A DNA stretch of 64,000 nucleotides from Azolla caroliniana (lineage: Eukaryota > Plantae > Polypodiophyta). The DNA lies in contig JBHGNT010000005.1 of NCBI GenBank assembly GCA_043228905.1, positions 10,106,001 to 10,170,000 on the forward strand, written 5' to 3'. Positions within the stretch are counted from its first letter, which is position 1, and each line of letters opens with the position of its first letter. Position numbers and translations under genes: made by a program. Shown here in pieces: positions 38,090 to 50,000 of the stretch. Below the pieces are notes generated by a model. The model was not told where the DNA came from, ran no database searches, and saw only the letters and a program-made list of their open reading frames with translations.

Positions 38090-38276
38090 CTCACAAAACA
38101 AGGATAGTCCATTTCTAGCGTCTTTAGATTCTCCTCGTCCTTGCATGTAGATTATGGTATAATCCGCAAATTCTATATCTATTTGGCAATGGTGAGAGTG
38201 CAGCACAAGAAGACCATGTAGGTTTAGATGTCGCACGTTGATAAAGCTAGAGAGTGCTTCTACATATAATAGAAAT

Positions 38277-38304
38277 TTTCATGAACAAGTAGGCAAGGCT
38301 AAAT

Positions 38305-38351
<47 letters not shown>

Positions 38352-38704
38352 ATAGACAAGAGAACAAGAACTGAATTTATGATTCCGTAATTGGTGTTGT
38401 TCACCTTGATTAGAATCAAGGTGCACTTGAGTATTTATACAAGAACGAGGAGGTATGCATGAAAGCTCAGAATATTCTAGAAAATCCATGAGGACGCATG
38501 CAAGCTAGGAAACTTCAAGAGAATGCATGAAGATGCATTCTCTAGAAGTTTCTTGAAAGTTCTAGTGATGAATCTACAATGTAAGAAGTTAATCTTATAT
38601 ATTGATGCACAAATCGATGTAGTTCAATTGGTAAGGTTGCCCAATATGATCAGGAGGTCATGGCTTCAACCCCTACATTCCATTGTGGCATGATGTCTAT
38701 GATA
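38277..38704 (-). mobile_element. solo LTR of a chromovirus-like family
   Basis: Decayed TGTCATGA-type termini, flanking GAAAT duplication, minus-strand TATAAATA and a (GA)n tract. Confidence 0.75.
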
Positions 38705-41059
38705 GAAATAGGCATGGAGCAAGTGGGCATCCCTATTCCACGGAGCGTGATATTTGGAAGAAAGGACCCCTTTCACTTGCTAATGATGCGCAATTGTTGG
38801 CATTTTATGTCGAGGCCAGCAATGCCTTCAATCCATGAAACTCTTGGAATCCAAGTTTCCCCATCACATTTTCTTGAAAATTCTAGCATACCCTATCATA
38901 TACTTTCTCGAAATCTAGAAACACCACAGCCTCCTTGTTGTTGATACGCTTGGCAAGGGATACTGCTTCCCAGAATGAGAAGAGGTTGTCCATAATGCTC
39001 CAATTTTTAACAAAGCATGTCTAGGAGGAGTGAATGAGTTGAGGGAGAAGGGGTGTTAAGTGGTGTGCCACAACTTTTGCTAACAGCTTGTAGACATTAT
39101 TGAGAATAAGTTATGGGTTACCACTTACTGATGTCGTGGGTATTCCCACCACCTTTGGGAATGAGATGCATCATCCCCTATCCAAATTCCTTCGGCATAT
39201 TGCGAGATGTGATGATCTCCTCATACGCTTGGAGGTCTTCTTTAATAATATTCCAAAGGTTAGTGACGATGTGAGGAGTTAGGCCATCAATTCTGGGGCA
39301 GCTATCTGCATCCAACGGGCAGAGTGCCTCCCATATTTTGATGATCGATAGGGGACGAGCAAGCCATGTGTTCATTTCAATTGGGACTTCCTGGGGTATG
39401 CTCTAGAGGATAGTATCTTCTCTCGTGTCTTCCCATGTGGCCAGTATGCATCACTGTTCTAACATGCCTTGGTCCTTTGAATCGGAAGAGAACCTTCTTG
39501 GTTTTGTTCCCTACTCAAATCCATCAAGCTATGCTTCCATGAAACTACATGTCATAGATTGCCTTTTTTGTCGTGAGTTCTTGTTTCGTTGTGGCAACAT
39601 ATCCCACGATCCAACTACATGATGGGCATCTATGTTGTGGTCATAGTACGACTATTAGTCCATACCTGATCCTTTGTCTCTTTTCCTAAGCATCCCTATT
39701 TTTGGTCTTGATAATCTCGTGTAAAAAATTCAAGCTCTTGTTAGTTTAGATAGCAGTTTCTCGGATGACGATAAATCACTAATGAGTATAGCGACCATTG
39801 GGTGGCGAGTTGTTCCTTCACCTCTGTAACCGTGTAAATAGTGTGGGGGATTCAAAGTTTAAACGAACCCCACTTTCAGCGCATTTGAAAATGGCCGGAG
39901 AACAATATTCAACTATCATGCATAGTTTCGGAGAGTTGCAATAATTACAGTTTAAGACGTTATGATACATGATTGTATGAATATTAGATATGAAGTGTTA
40001 TAAAACATAAGTTTATGGATTGCATACGACCTTTTATGATGCCATGACGCATGGATATGTAAATAATGTTTCACTTGCCCAGGAAAGTTGATTTATCCAA
40101 AAAGTTACATGAATGTTAGATCTCTCCATTGTTTTACTCGTGTACTTACATAAAAATAAAGAAGGAAATGGTGGATTTTTGTGCAAGTGATAACGTGGGT
40201 TTTATGTGATTTCAAGCGTTTTTTCAAAGGAAAAAGTGACATGCGTGATCTTTGTGACTTTGTCTCTATTTGAAAGGTATATCATTAGTCATTATCATTT
40301 TTGTGCCATATGCAATTGTCAATGGTCATAGACTCATATGTATGAACCTTTCTACACATTATTGTGATGTCATGAATCACATGGTATGCATTTACATTGC
40401 AATTTAAGTTTTAAGTTTCCAAGTAAGTTGAAACAATGTAACATTACACAACATAAATAAATTAACACAACAAAAGTTGTAACCAAATTGTTTTCACAAT
40501 CAAGGTACACTCCTTGTTCTAGTGACATACATGTATCCTATCCTTTCGTCCTATGACTAACCATTTGATTTTTGTAATGAGATGATAGGTGTTTTTCCCT
40601 TCCAAGGCAATTTATGAGAAGCATGTAGTGATGATATGATGAGAAGGTTCTTTTTCCCCTATGTAAGTTGAAACAATGTTTAAACATGTAAGAGTTTAAA
40701 GATTTCTATATTGTTGATATATGAAGGTTTCTAACAAATTGTACATTACCAAGACAAATTCAAAGAATGCGGCGATAATATATATGGAGGTTCAAACTTC
40801 AGACTTATGTGGTGCTCCTGATATGGAGGTTATGGGAAATATGTGAATTGAGGGCATATATCTCGAATTTCTCGATTCAAACATTCCTCATAGCTTAAGG
40901 TTCGAATAAATGTAAACAAGGTAGTAATGGCACAAAAGCAAATGCAATGCACCGGTGCATGAACACACACACACACACACACATATATGTATGTATGTAT
41001 GTATGTATCTTATTCATGCTTCATGATGAAGCAACACACTACTGGTAGGTGCTCTGAGC

Positions 41060-41091
<32 letters not shown>

Positions 41092-41661
41092 TGTATGTAT
41101 GTATGTATGTATGTATGCATGCATGCCACACACAAGGACAGAGTAGGTAGCTAGCTAGCTAACTAAAAAGCTACGACAAGATGAAAGAAGACAACATCTT
41201 CTTCTTCTTCTTCTTATGATGGATGGATGCATGGATGAATGAAGAGAGAGAGAGAGAGACCACCATATGTTCGTTCAAATGTGGTACAAATTACGATAGG
41301 GGATGAGATTGTTGTAGACCCAATCAAGATTATTGAGTTATGTATTACTCATTTTAAGAATTTGATTGGGCCAAAGTAGAGAGAGAGAGAGAGAGAGATT
41401 TGAGATTCAGAATACAATGGAAATGGATGTCTTTTGGTAAAAAACTAAAATCAAAAAGCAAAAAAGTAAATAAATTTTAGAATATGTGAGAAATAAATAA
41501 ATAAATTATATATATATATGTATAGGAGCGGTGAACTAGGGCATGGTGTGTTTCTTGCCCATGTCCCCATTCCAAGGTCTCCCCTGTTTCCATCTTCAAA
41601 AGCCCTAATCCGATTCTCCCTCCCCCTCACTCATCTGTCGTTCCTCTGTGTGATTCGAGGG

Positions 41662-41692
<31 letters not shown>

Positions 41693-41963
41693 CGAGAAAG
41701 GAAAGGAAGGAGACAGAGACAGAGATAGAGATAGAGATCCAGATCTCCCAGATCAGTCTTAGCACATCCCATGACATTTCAAGTTATGTTGTGCTGAAGA
41801 AGAGATCAGAGCTGAAGAGAGGAATCCCCATACATATTTGCGTCTGCCTTCATTAGATCCTTTTCTGTGGACAAGAAGAAGAAGAAGGAAACCCATTGTC
41901 TGCACTTAATACATTGTCTTTTAACCAGAAGAAGCTGAAGAAAGAAGAAGAGGAAGAGAGAAA

Positions 41964-42983
41964 ATGGCACTAAAGATCGAATCAAAAGCATCAGTGGCAT
42001 CCCTTGTGCTAGGGTATGCTCTGTGTTCCAGCCTCCTCTCTGTGATCAACAAGTATGCAATCACAAAATTCATGTATCCAGCCCTACTCACAACGCTTCA
42101 GTACTTAGCAAGTGCATTCGGAGTGTGGTTTCTTGGCCTGATGGGTTTCTTGAAACATGATCCAATCACATGGACAAATGTGAAGAAATTCTTACCTGCA
42201 GCTGCAGTCTTTTACATGGCGATCTTCACCAACACAAACCTACTCAAGCATGCAAACGTTGACACGTTTATAGTGTTCCGATCCTCCACACCTTTATTGG
42301 TTGCGATCGCGGATACTGCCTTCCGGAAACAACCATGGCCATCCAAATTCACGTTTCTGTCTCTGGTTCTAATCTTGGCGGGAGCACTCGGATATGTTGC
42401 ATCTGATTCAGGGTTCAATCTCACCGCTTACTCTTGGGCCACTGCATACCTCATCACCATCACCACGGAGATGGTCTACATCAAGCATATCGTCTCAAAC
42501 CTTGGACTAAACACATGGGGATTCGTTTTGTACAACAACTTCATTTCGCTATTGATCTCACCCTTCTTTTGCATCCTTACTGGAGAAATCAAGGAGATCT
42601 TCGATGTATTTAGCTACTCGGGCAGCTTGCTGAGCTTCGGAACAACATTCCCAGTGGCTCTATCATGTGTTTTCGGGTTCGCAATCAGTTTCTTCGGATT
42701 CGCGGCTCGGCAGGCTATTTCAGCCACTGCATTTACAGTTACTGGAGTTGTGAACAAATTCCTAACTGTCATTATCAATGTGCTTATATGGGATAAGCAT
42801 GCAACTGCAATGGGGTTATTCTATCTTATTCTAACTCTTGTGGGAGGTGTTGTATATCAACAATCTACTACCATAAAAAAACCATCACCTACTGTGATGG
42901 AAGCTGAAGATATTCCATTAGTAGAATCCGAGAAACATTCCTCAACAAACCAAATAGATGAAGAAACTGGCAAGAATACTTAA
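41964..42983 (+). CDS. GFT1: Golgi GDP-fucose / GDP-sugar transporter (GONST4-type), intronless, 339 aa
   Basis: GYALCSSLLSVINK, FTNTNLLKHANVDTFIVFRS, AISATAFTVTGVVNKFLT; multi-transmembrane nucleotide-sugar transporter. Confidence 0.9.
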   Translation: MALKIESKASVASLVLGYALCSSLLSVINKYAITKFMYPALLTTLQYLASAFGVWFLGLMGFLKHDPITWTNVKKFLPAAAVFYMAIFTNTNLLKHANVDTFIVFRSSTPLLVAIADTAFRKQPWPSKFTFLSLVLILAGALGYVASDSGFNLTAYSWATAYLITITTEMVYIKHIVSNLGLNTWGFVLYNNFISLLISPFFCILTGEIKEIFDVFSYSGSLLSFGTTFPVALSCVFGFAISFFGFAARQAISATAFTVTGVVNKFLTVIINVLIWDKHATAMGLFYLILTLVGGVVYQQSTTIKKPSPTVMEAEDIPLVESEKHSSTNQIDEETGKNT

Positions 42984-44071
42984 GTTATTTACAACTGTTC
43001 TATCTTCTTGTATTGTTTTGCTCCCAGTTGAAGTCTTTTTTCCCTGTTTCATACTGTTGGGGCTGGAGAAAGAACACGTGTATTATTATTATGTTTCTCA
43101 CCCTTTTTTGCTAGAAATATCCTTGAGAAGTTACTTGGATTTTACAAAATAACAGATCTATTTTCTCTTCCATTTCTTCAAGATGATGAAGAGCAGTTTT
43201 TTATTCAGCTTCTTGTGTATTTCTCATTTTCATATTCACATGAGGTCAAGAAATGGCCATTATGTTCACAAATCATCATATAGTGATAGTGTTTGCAGCA
43301 CTTGCACCATTTAGAGGAGGATTGTTATTTCGTGGTGGTAATTTATTTTGGCAGTATCTTCTTAATCTTGGCGCATGCACGTTTATGCTCTTAATTATCT
43401 AAGCACACATCTATATACCATACCATGAAAAAATACACGTACATGCAAGCATATAGGAATACTTGCGGCTTTTTTTACACTGAATGTCACACAACCAAAA
43501 CGATTGATATACCACTTCTGCATTCTACATGTCAGCTTCTTTCTGTACAGATATGATTCAGAGTCCCAAAAGCTTTTATGTTACTCTACATACACAAATG
43601 ACAATAATATAATTCATGATTTACTTGAACACTACAAATACAATTTAATCTTCAAATTGATCATTCCTGTTTAGCCTTTACAAATTTTAATCATATTCCA
43701 AATATCTTAAAAACAATTTCTTGAATAAAATGCAACTAATGGCATATTTTCTCAGCACCACATAGCACTGTATTTTATTCAGTGAGGGTTATCTAACTTC
43801 CTCTCAAACGTGTTCTGTAAGGAGAAGAAATGAGATGGCAATTGTTTCTATATATTCTGGCAAAAGAAAAGAGGGGGCAAAGTAAAAGCCTCATATAAAA
43901 CTTTATAAACTGTGGTGGGCAATGACTAGACTTCATTTCATCCAGGGAAAACAGCATTGCTACAATTCAGTCTGCCACATCTCTCTGAAGGAAAGCACCT
44001 TTTCCCAGTTATCAATAGAAGCTGCCCATGCCAGAGGGCCAGGTGCCTCACCTCTCGTGTTATTGTCATCA

Positions 44072-47000
44072 TTAGAATCCTCCTTGCTTGTCCCCAAACA
44101 TTGCCGAGAGCACTAGTTGCTGAACAAAGTTTGCTCTCCTAGTCGCATGTTCCAACTTCTGCTCCCGCTCTTCTGCAGATAAGTTTCCTTCCACCACCAA
44201 ACTAAAAAACACAATACATTCTTAGAATCCCGATATATATATACATGAAACTCTTTTTCCTCTCTCTGAACACATCTCTCACACACACAAATACATGTGT
44301 ACATCGTTTTCTACCCAGTCTCTCAGAAAATGCAAGAGCTATGGCTCATCATCACAGCTAATAGAAAACCTAATTCTGAGCAAATGGCCTGATGATGTTT
44401 GAAATTCTTGAATAGTGAACACTATTAATCAGTATTCACTACCTGGTAACTTCACATTCTATTTGGGGTGATACTGTCGCATGGAATGCAAGTAGAAGCT
44501 CAACAAGAAACAAACTAAAAATAATACTGAATGTCACTTATGTTGCAAGCTAAGGTACTATTTAAGTCAGAGTGTGAAGAAGGAAAGGAGATTAATGAAG
44601 CGTGTTCCAGGGACCCTGGTCGGCCATCAAACTTGGATACTCATAGTTGCTATCCATCATGCTCTGTATCACACAAGCAGGTGGTTGAATTGTAGATAGT
44701 CATCCCACTACACATTTAAGATCCATCTGAATTAATTTTCTTCTCTCCATCATCAGCGGCAGCAGGTCCTAGTTACCAGTGCTGGATGCAATCCAATCTT
44801 TCATTCTTACAATATGTCCAAGCTCTCCTTTTGTCCAACATCCCTTCGATATATTATCTGTCCCTACCCTAGATGTAAGCAGGTGGTTAAATTGTAGACA
44901 GTCATCCCATTACACATGTCATCAGTCTGTCTGCTTGGCATTTCTCATCCTCATCAGCAGCAGCGGGTATTAGTGACCAGTATTGGACGCATTACTTCAC
45001 AAGTTGATGTTATCTTCCTCTATATGCATGCTCACTTTGGTCACTTTAAATACGACTCTTTACCGTAAGCTGCCAAAAATCATGTGGTAGATCCCACTTA
45101 TTTGGCCTTTACCATTTTCCTGCTTGACAATATGGGAGATGAAACCAACTTCCAATTCCAACAGCTGTCTCTTCATGCATATCAAACTGTCTGGCTCAGG
45201 TCATGCAGATCTTTGTGGATCTAACTCCACAGAATCTTTTGATAGAGCCCTCTACTTTCTTTGTGTGCGTAGATGACTTTATCAGTGCTGCCAGGTATTC
45301 TCCCTTGAATATAAGTCCAAGGCTCTTGATAATTCTGCTCATGGATAACAATGACAAGCAGAAAATGAACAGGAAGTCAGACAACTCCAGCAAAGGGGAC
45401 AAATCCAGTTCTCATGAATTTGATCACTTTTGCAGTATCCAATGAAAACTTGCATTCCCTACACTCCATTCCATGAACGATCCTTGAATTAAACTTTATT
45501 ATACTTTCTTACACCTCCTTGCCGTGGCTTTTTGTGTAGATCCAGAATTGAGCTGCACCGGTTGCCCTAAAAAATACTGTTATTGCACATTTCAGTGTCT
45601 AGCAAACATCCACACCCCCATGAGAGTCACCAAAAGATGAACCCAAACCGGCTACTGTGCAGAATTCAAAATCGTTTGCCTTTATTAAGCTGACTCTTCC
45701 TCCATTGTGATAAGCTATGTCCTTTCTGATGTGCCCAAGTGTTTTGGAACCTACCAAAAAAACTACTACCCTACCACCTCCAGATGAATACTGATGATGT
45801 TCCCAGTGTCTTGGATATCTGATGTAATACTGCTCACCAAGAGAATTTTGATAGGCCTTACCTGTGGTTCAGATAACCATAATCCAAACAGTCCTTGCAT
45901 TTCCTAGCCCTCATTATGGTCTCCATTTCAGATAAATGTCAAGACCACCTTCCTGAATGGAGATTGATTGATTGTTTTTTTTTTGGTGTCCATAAAGAGG
46001 GCAATATCGACCCACGAGACAAGTTTTTTATTAAAAGGGAGATTCCTATCCACAGGATGTATGTGGACCAGCCACCTAGTTTCTTATCCACAATAAGGAG
46101 GGTTCTGTTTGTAGGCTACAAAAAGACTTATATATTGTCTAAAACAAGATCCTTGAGCTTCACACCAGAGATTGGGCATTTTCCGGAAAGGGTGATTTTA
46201 TTCGTTATGCTCTACGACAATAACTGTTGTAGTTTATGTGGATGGTCTCATCTTTATGGGTTCGTAGACAAATATTTAGTACATCATCCAATCCTTGGTG
46301 CACACGTTTGAAATGACAAAAGCTAGATTTCTGCACTGCTTTCACCACTTTGACATCTACCACATCACAAGGCATCATCTTCTATATGAGATTATGCCCG
46401 TGAGATGCAACAACTATTTCATATGATTAAATAGGTGTGAGACCACTCCTGAACCTGGGGTCATTCTCCTCAAATTTGATCCATCTGCATCCATTGACCA
46501 TAGCCACTAACGTTGGCAAGAGGGCTACATAGTCTGGCTTACATCTGAATAGACATTTCCTACATTATCTCACTAAGCTCCTTTGCTGCTGAGCTTTATC
46601 AAGTTAACTTATCCGTCAATTGAAGGATTTAGGGGACCTTCATTACTTCCTTGGGATCGAAGTGATCCTCACCCCCGACGGCATATTGAGCAGTCAACAC
46701 CACACTGTGTTGAATATGTTGTACAAGTTCAGAATGACAAATTGTCGATCCATCACAACTCCTCTTGATAGGAATCAAAAGCTTCGCCACGACTCAGCGC
46801 CGGCTTGCGACAAGAAACATTTTCAACAAATTGTCGGAAGCTTCATCTACTTGGCGATCACCCGGCCAGATCTTAGATATCCTGTTGGAGTGATCAATCA
46901 GTTCATGTCAAGGCCGACATGACAAATGCAGGGCCCATTCCAGCACGCCTTGTGCCTTCAGCATAGTGCGATCTTTGTCGACACTTGGCATCGTCTCTGG

Positions 47001-50000
47001 TTGATTCGGCTTTGTCCAAATCGGTCCGTTCCAACCAACACTCCCTTTCTTGTCACCTTTCTTGCCACAATACCAGTGGTGCCAGCTTCCAACACCACCT
47101 TGACTCCCCTTGCTCGTGGAGGGTCCATTATTGCTGTCAGCACCCCCATTGTACCTCTGATTTTGCTCATGTCAGCCGCCATTTGTGCATGCCGATCTGC
47201 CTCGTTCTCCATGACCCCAGGGCCGATCCGCCTCCGTATCAGCATGCGTGCTTGTCAACGCACCCATGTGGTTCTCCTCTACCAGGAGCATTGACTACAA
47301 GTCGAAGAACGATGGTTGTTTCTCCCTCGTGCAAATAGCAGTCCGAATCGGCCCATATTTTTCTATGCTAGACCACCCAGGTAGATCTGCACCATCTCGT
47401 CTTCATCCATCGTCACATTGATGGACCCAAGTGCGTTGCAGATCTCCTTGATTTTAGTGGTGTAGTCAGTTACCGACATTCCTCCCTGCCGGATGTTGTT
47501 GAGCTCTTGTCTGAGTTGGGGCTGTGGTGCTTGCGGCGAAAATCCTTTCCAGATTTTGCCATGCCTTTTTCGGCGACTTCGCATCCCTGATGTACCTGAG
47601 GATCTGGTCGTGGACACACAATGCCAAGTTGTACAAGATTCAAGTTGCTACTTGCTCCCAAGCTGGAAGGTCTATGTGTGTCGACTCTGGTGGTACATCA
47701 TTTTCTCATTCCACATAACTCCAGTACCCGTGTCCTAGCAAGTACTAGTGCATCTTGAATTCCCAAGATGCATAGTTGTTCCTCTCGAGTTTCCCTATCG
47801 GCAAGGAACTTCCCATTGCTCTGTCCGTGGTCTTGTCTCTTCTTCTATCCGGAAAACGAAAACTTTGTCTGTGTGAGAACACTTGTCAATTGCAAAGGAT
47901 TCTTCTCAACCCTCGCACTCTAATACCATGTAAAAAGTTGAAGTTCGGACGCTATCAGACAAAATGGCTTACTTGGCAACAGTACACAGTTGGTAAGAGC
48001 ATGCCGAAGTTTTATTGGGCCAAAGCAATCAGAACGACCGTGTACATTTAGAATTGGATATCTGCAACCAGAGGCAAAGTGTTCCCACATGAGCTGTATT
48101 TCAGGCGCAAGCCGAATTTGGCACACTTGAGGGTGTTCGACAGCATAGCATATGTGCATGTGCCAAATGAGAAGCGGAAGAAACTAGATGCCAAAGCCGA
48201 GAAATGCATTTTAGTTGGCTACTTGCACAAGCAAAAGGATCATAAGTGTTGTAACCCCTGAACCAAAGAGGTGCAAATCAACCGAGATGTCATGTTTGAC
48301 GAATCAGTTTCCTAGTATTCACTTCCAGCTAGTTCAACCCTTGAAAACTCTATGCCGAATTCCCGGACAATTGAGGAAGAAATCGGCACTCAAGACGAGA
48401 GTCCGATTTCGTTTCGGCTAGTGGGCTGATTGAAGAACCAAGCCAAAACGACTGGTCAATTGAGCAGTCGGCGAGTGAAGAGGACTCGGCCATGCAATCC
48501 CCCAAGATGAAGCCCAAGAGGAGGCTTTTTCGCTGAGAGAAGGGGAAGAAGAAGATGCCAGAGTACGGTAGTGAAGAGGGCACATTGGATCAGAGAGAAT
48601 CCGATGGCGCCATGAGTAGCGATGGCGAACCCCAAGAGTTGAGATCAGATTTGGCTAGGAGGGCCTTGAAATTGGCCAACGAGAAACTGCGACGAATGAC
48701 TTGCCACAAGAACCTCGTCATTCAGTACGAATACAACAAGCACATGGCGCATCACTATGCGTACATGACGAAGGTGGCAGAAGTCCGAGAGCCGGAGAGC
48801 TACGCGAAGGCATCACAACATGCCAAGTGGAAATTGGTAATGGAGGAAGAGATGAGAGCTTTAGCCAAAATGAAACGTGGGTCCTGGTTGACCACCCAAA
48901 GGATTGCAAGCCGATCAGATGCAAGTGGGTATATAAGGTGAAATACAACACCGACGGCACTATCAACAGGTATAAGGCCAGATTGGTCGCCAAGGGCTAT
49001 GCACAGTCGCACGGGATTGACTATGATGAGATCTTCGCGCCAGTAGCGAAGATGGTGACGGTCTGTGTTGTGCTAGCCGTAGCAACAGCAAAGGGTGGCA
49101 TCTGCATTAGATGTATGTGAAGAATGCGTTCCTACAAGGCGATCTTGAGGACCAGGTGTACATCATAGAACCCCTCGGATTTCGGTCCGAAATAAACAAG
49201 TCAGCAATGTGCCGACTAAAGAAGAAAAGTGAGGTCTTCTCCTGTTTTTGAATCTGAAAAGTTTGATCGAGAGGGAAACTGAGAGAAAGATTAAGTGCTT
49301 GAGTTCGGATGGCAGAAAAGAATACATTTCCGGCCAATTCAACTGTTATCTGCAGAAAGAAGGAATTCGATGTGAATTCTTTTGCAGATACACGCCAAAG
49401 CAAAACGGCGTGCCCGAACTGAAGAACTGTACAATCGTGGAAGCGGCCAAGGCAATGCTAGTGACATCTATTTGGAACCTCCAGCTACAGTATTATATAC
49501 CCCCATAATATTGAGCTCATTCTCACTGGATGGTGAGATTCTGGTATGGATCTATATTGTGGAGCCTACAAACATCAGCAAACAATTGCTCTTTACCTAC
49601 AGAAACTAAATACTCTGCTGAAACACTTGTTACATTTCATGTGAGGTAGTCTGGATAAAAGACCTCCTGATGTAATTATCATTCATGTCTGCAATCTGGG
49701 GCCACCATTTCCATTGTAAGAATCAAAACTACATTTCAATCACACAGAATCCAGAGTTAAACATATCACTGTTCGACTTGTGATGGTCATTCCCTTGAAA
49801 AACAGTCAGAGGATGTTCTCTTCCAGTACCAAGGCATTCCGGCCAGCCAAGACGTTTCCAAATGCAAAATCAGGATTGAAACTCTGCATGCTACACACCA
49901 TTATTTCAATTTCTATGCTGATGGATTCTTCATAGCGTAACTTTTAGTCCTGCATACGAATACAAAGAGGAAACTTGCACTTGTGCCGATGATTTGCCCC

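Larger units (their letters stand above)
36940..39700 (-). pseudogene. degenerate LINE (L1-like ORF2 reverse transcriptase) interrupted by two insertions
   Basis: Fragments DSCPRIDGLT, INWHKS, IYLGFQIG, LSPARRIMVVNKVL and GGMGLID match plant L1 RT and C-terminal motifs. Confidence 0.7.
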
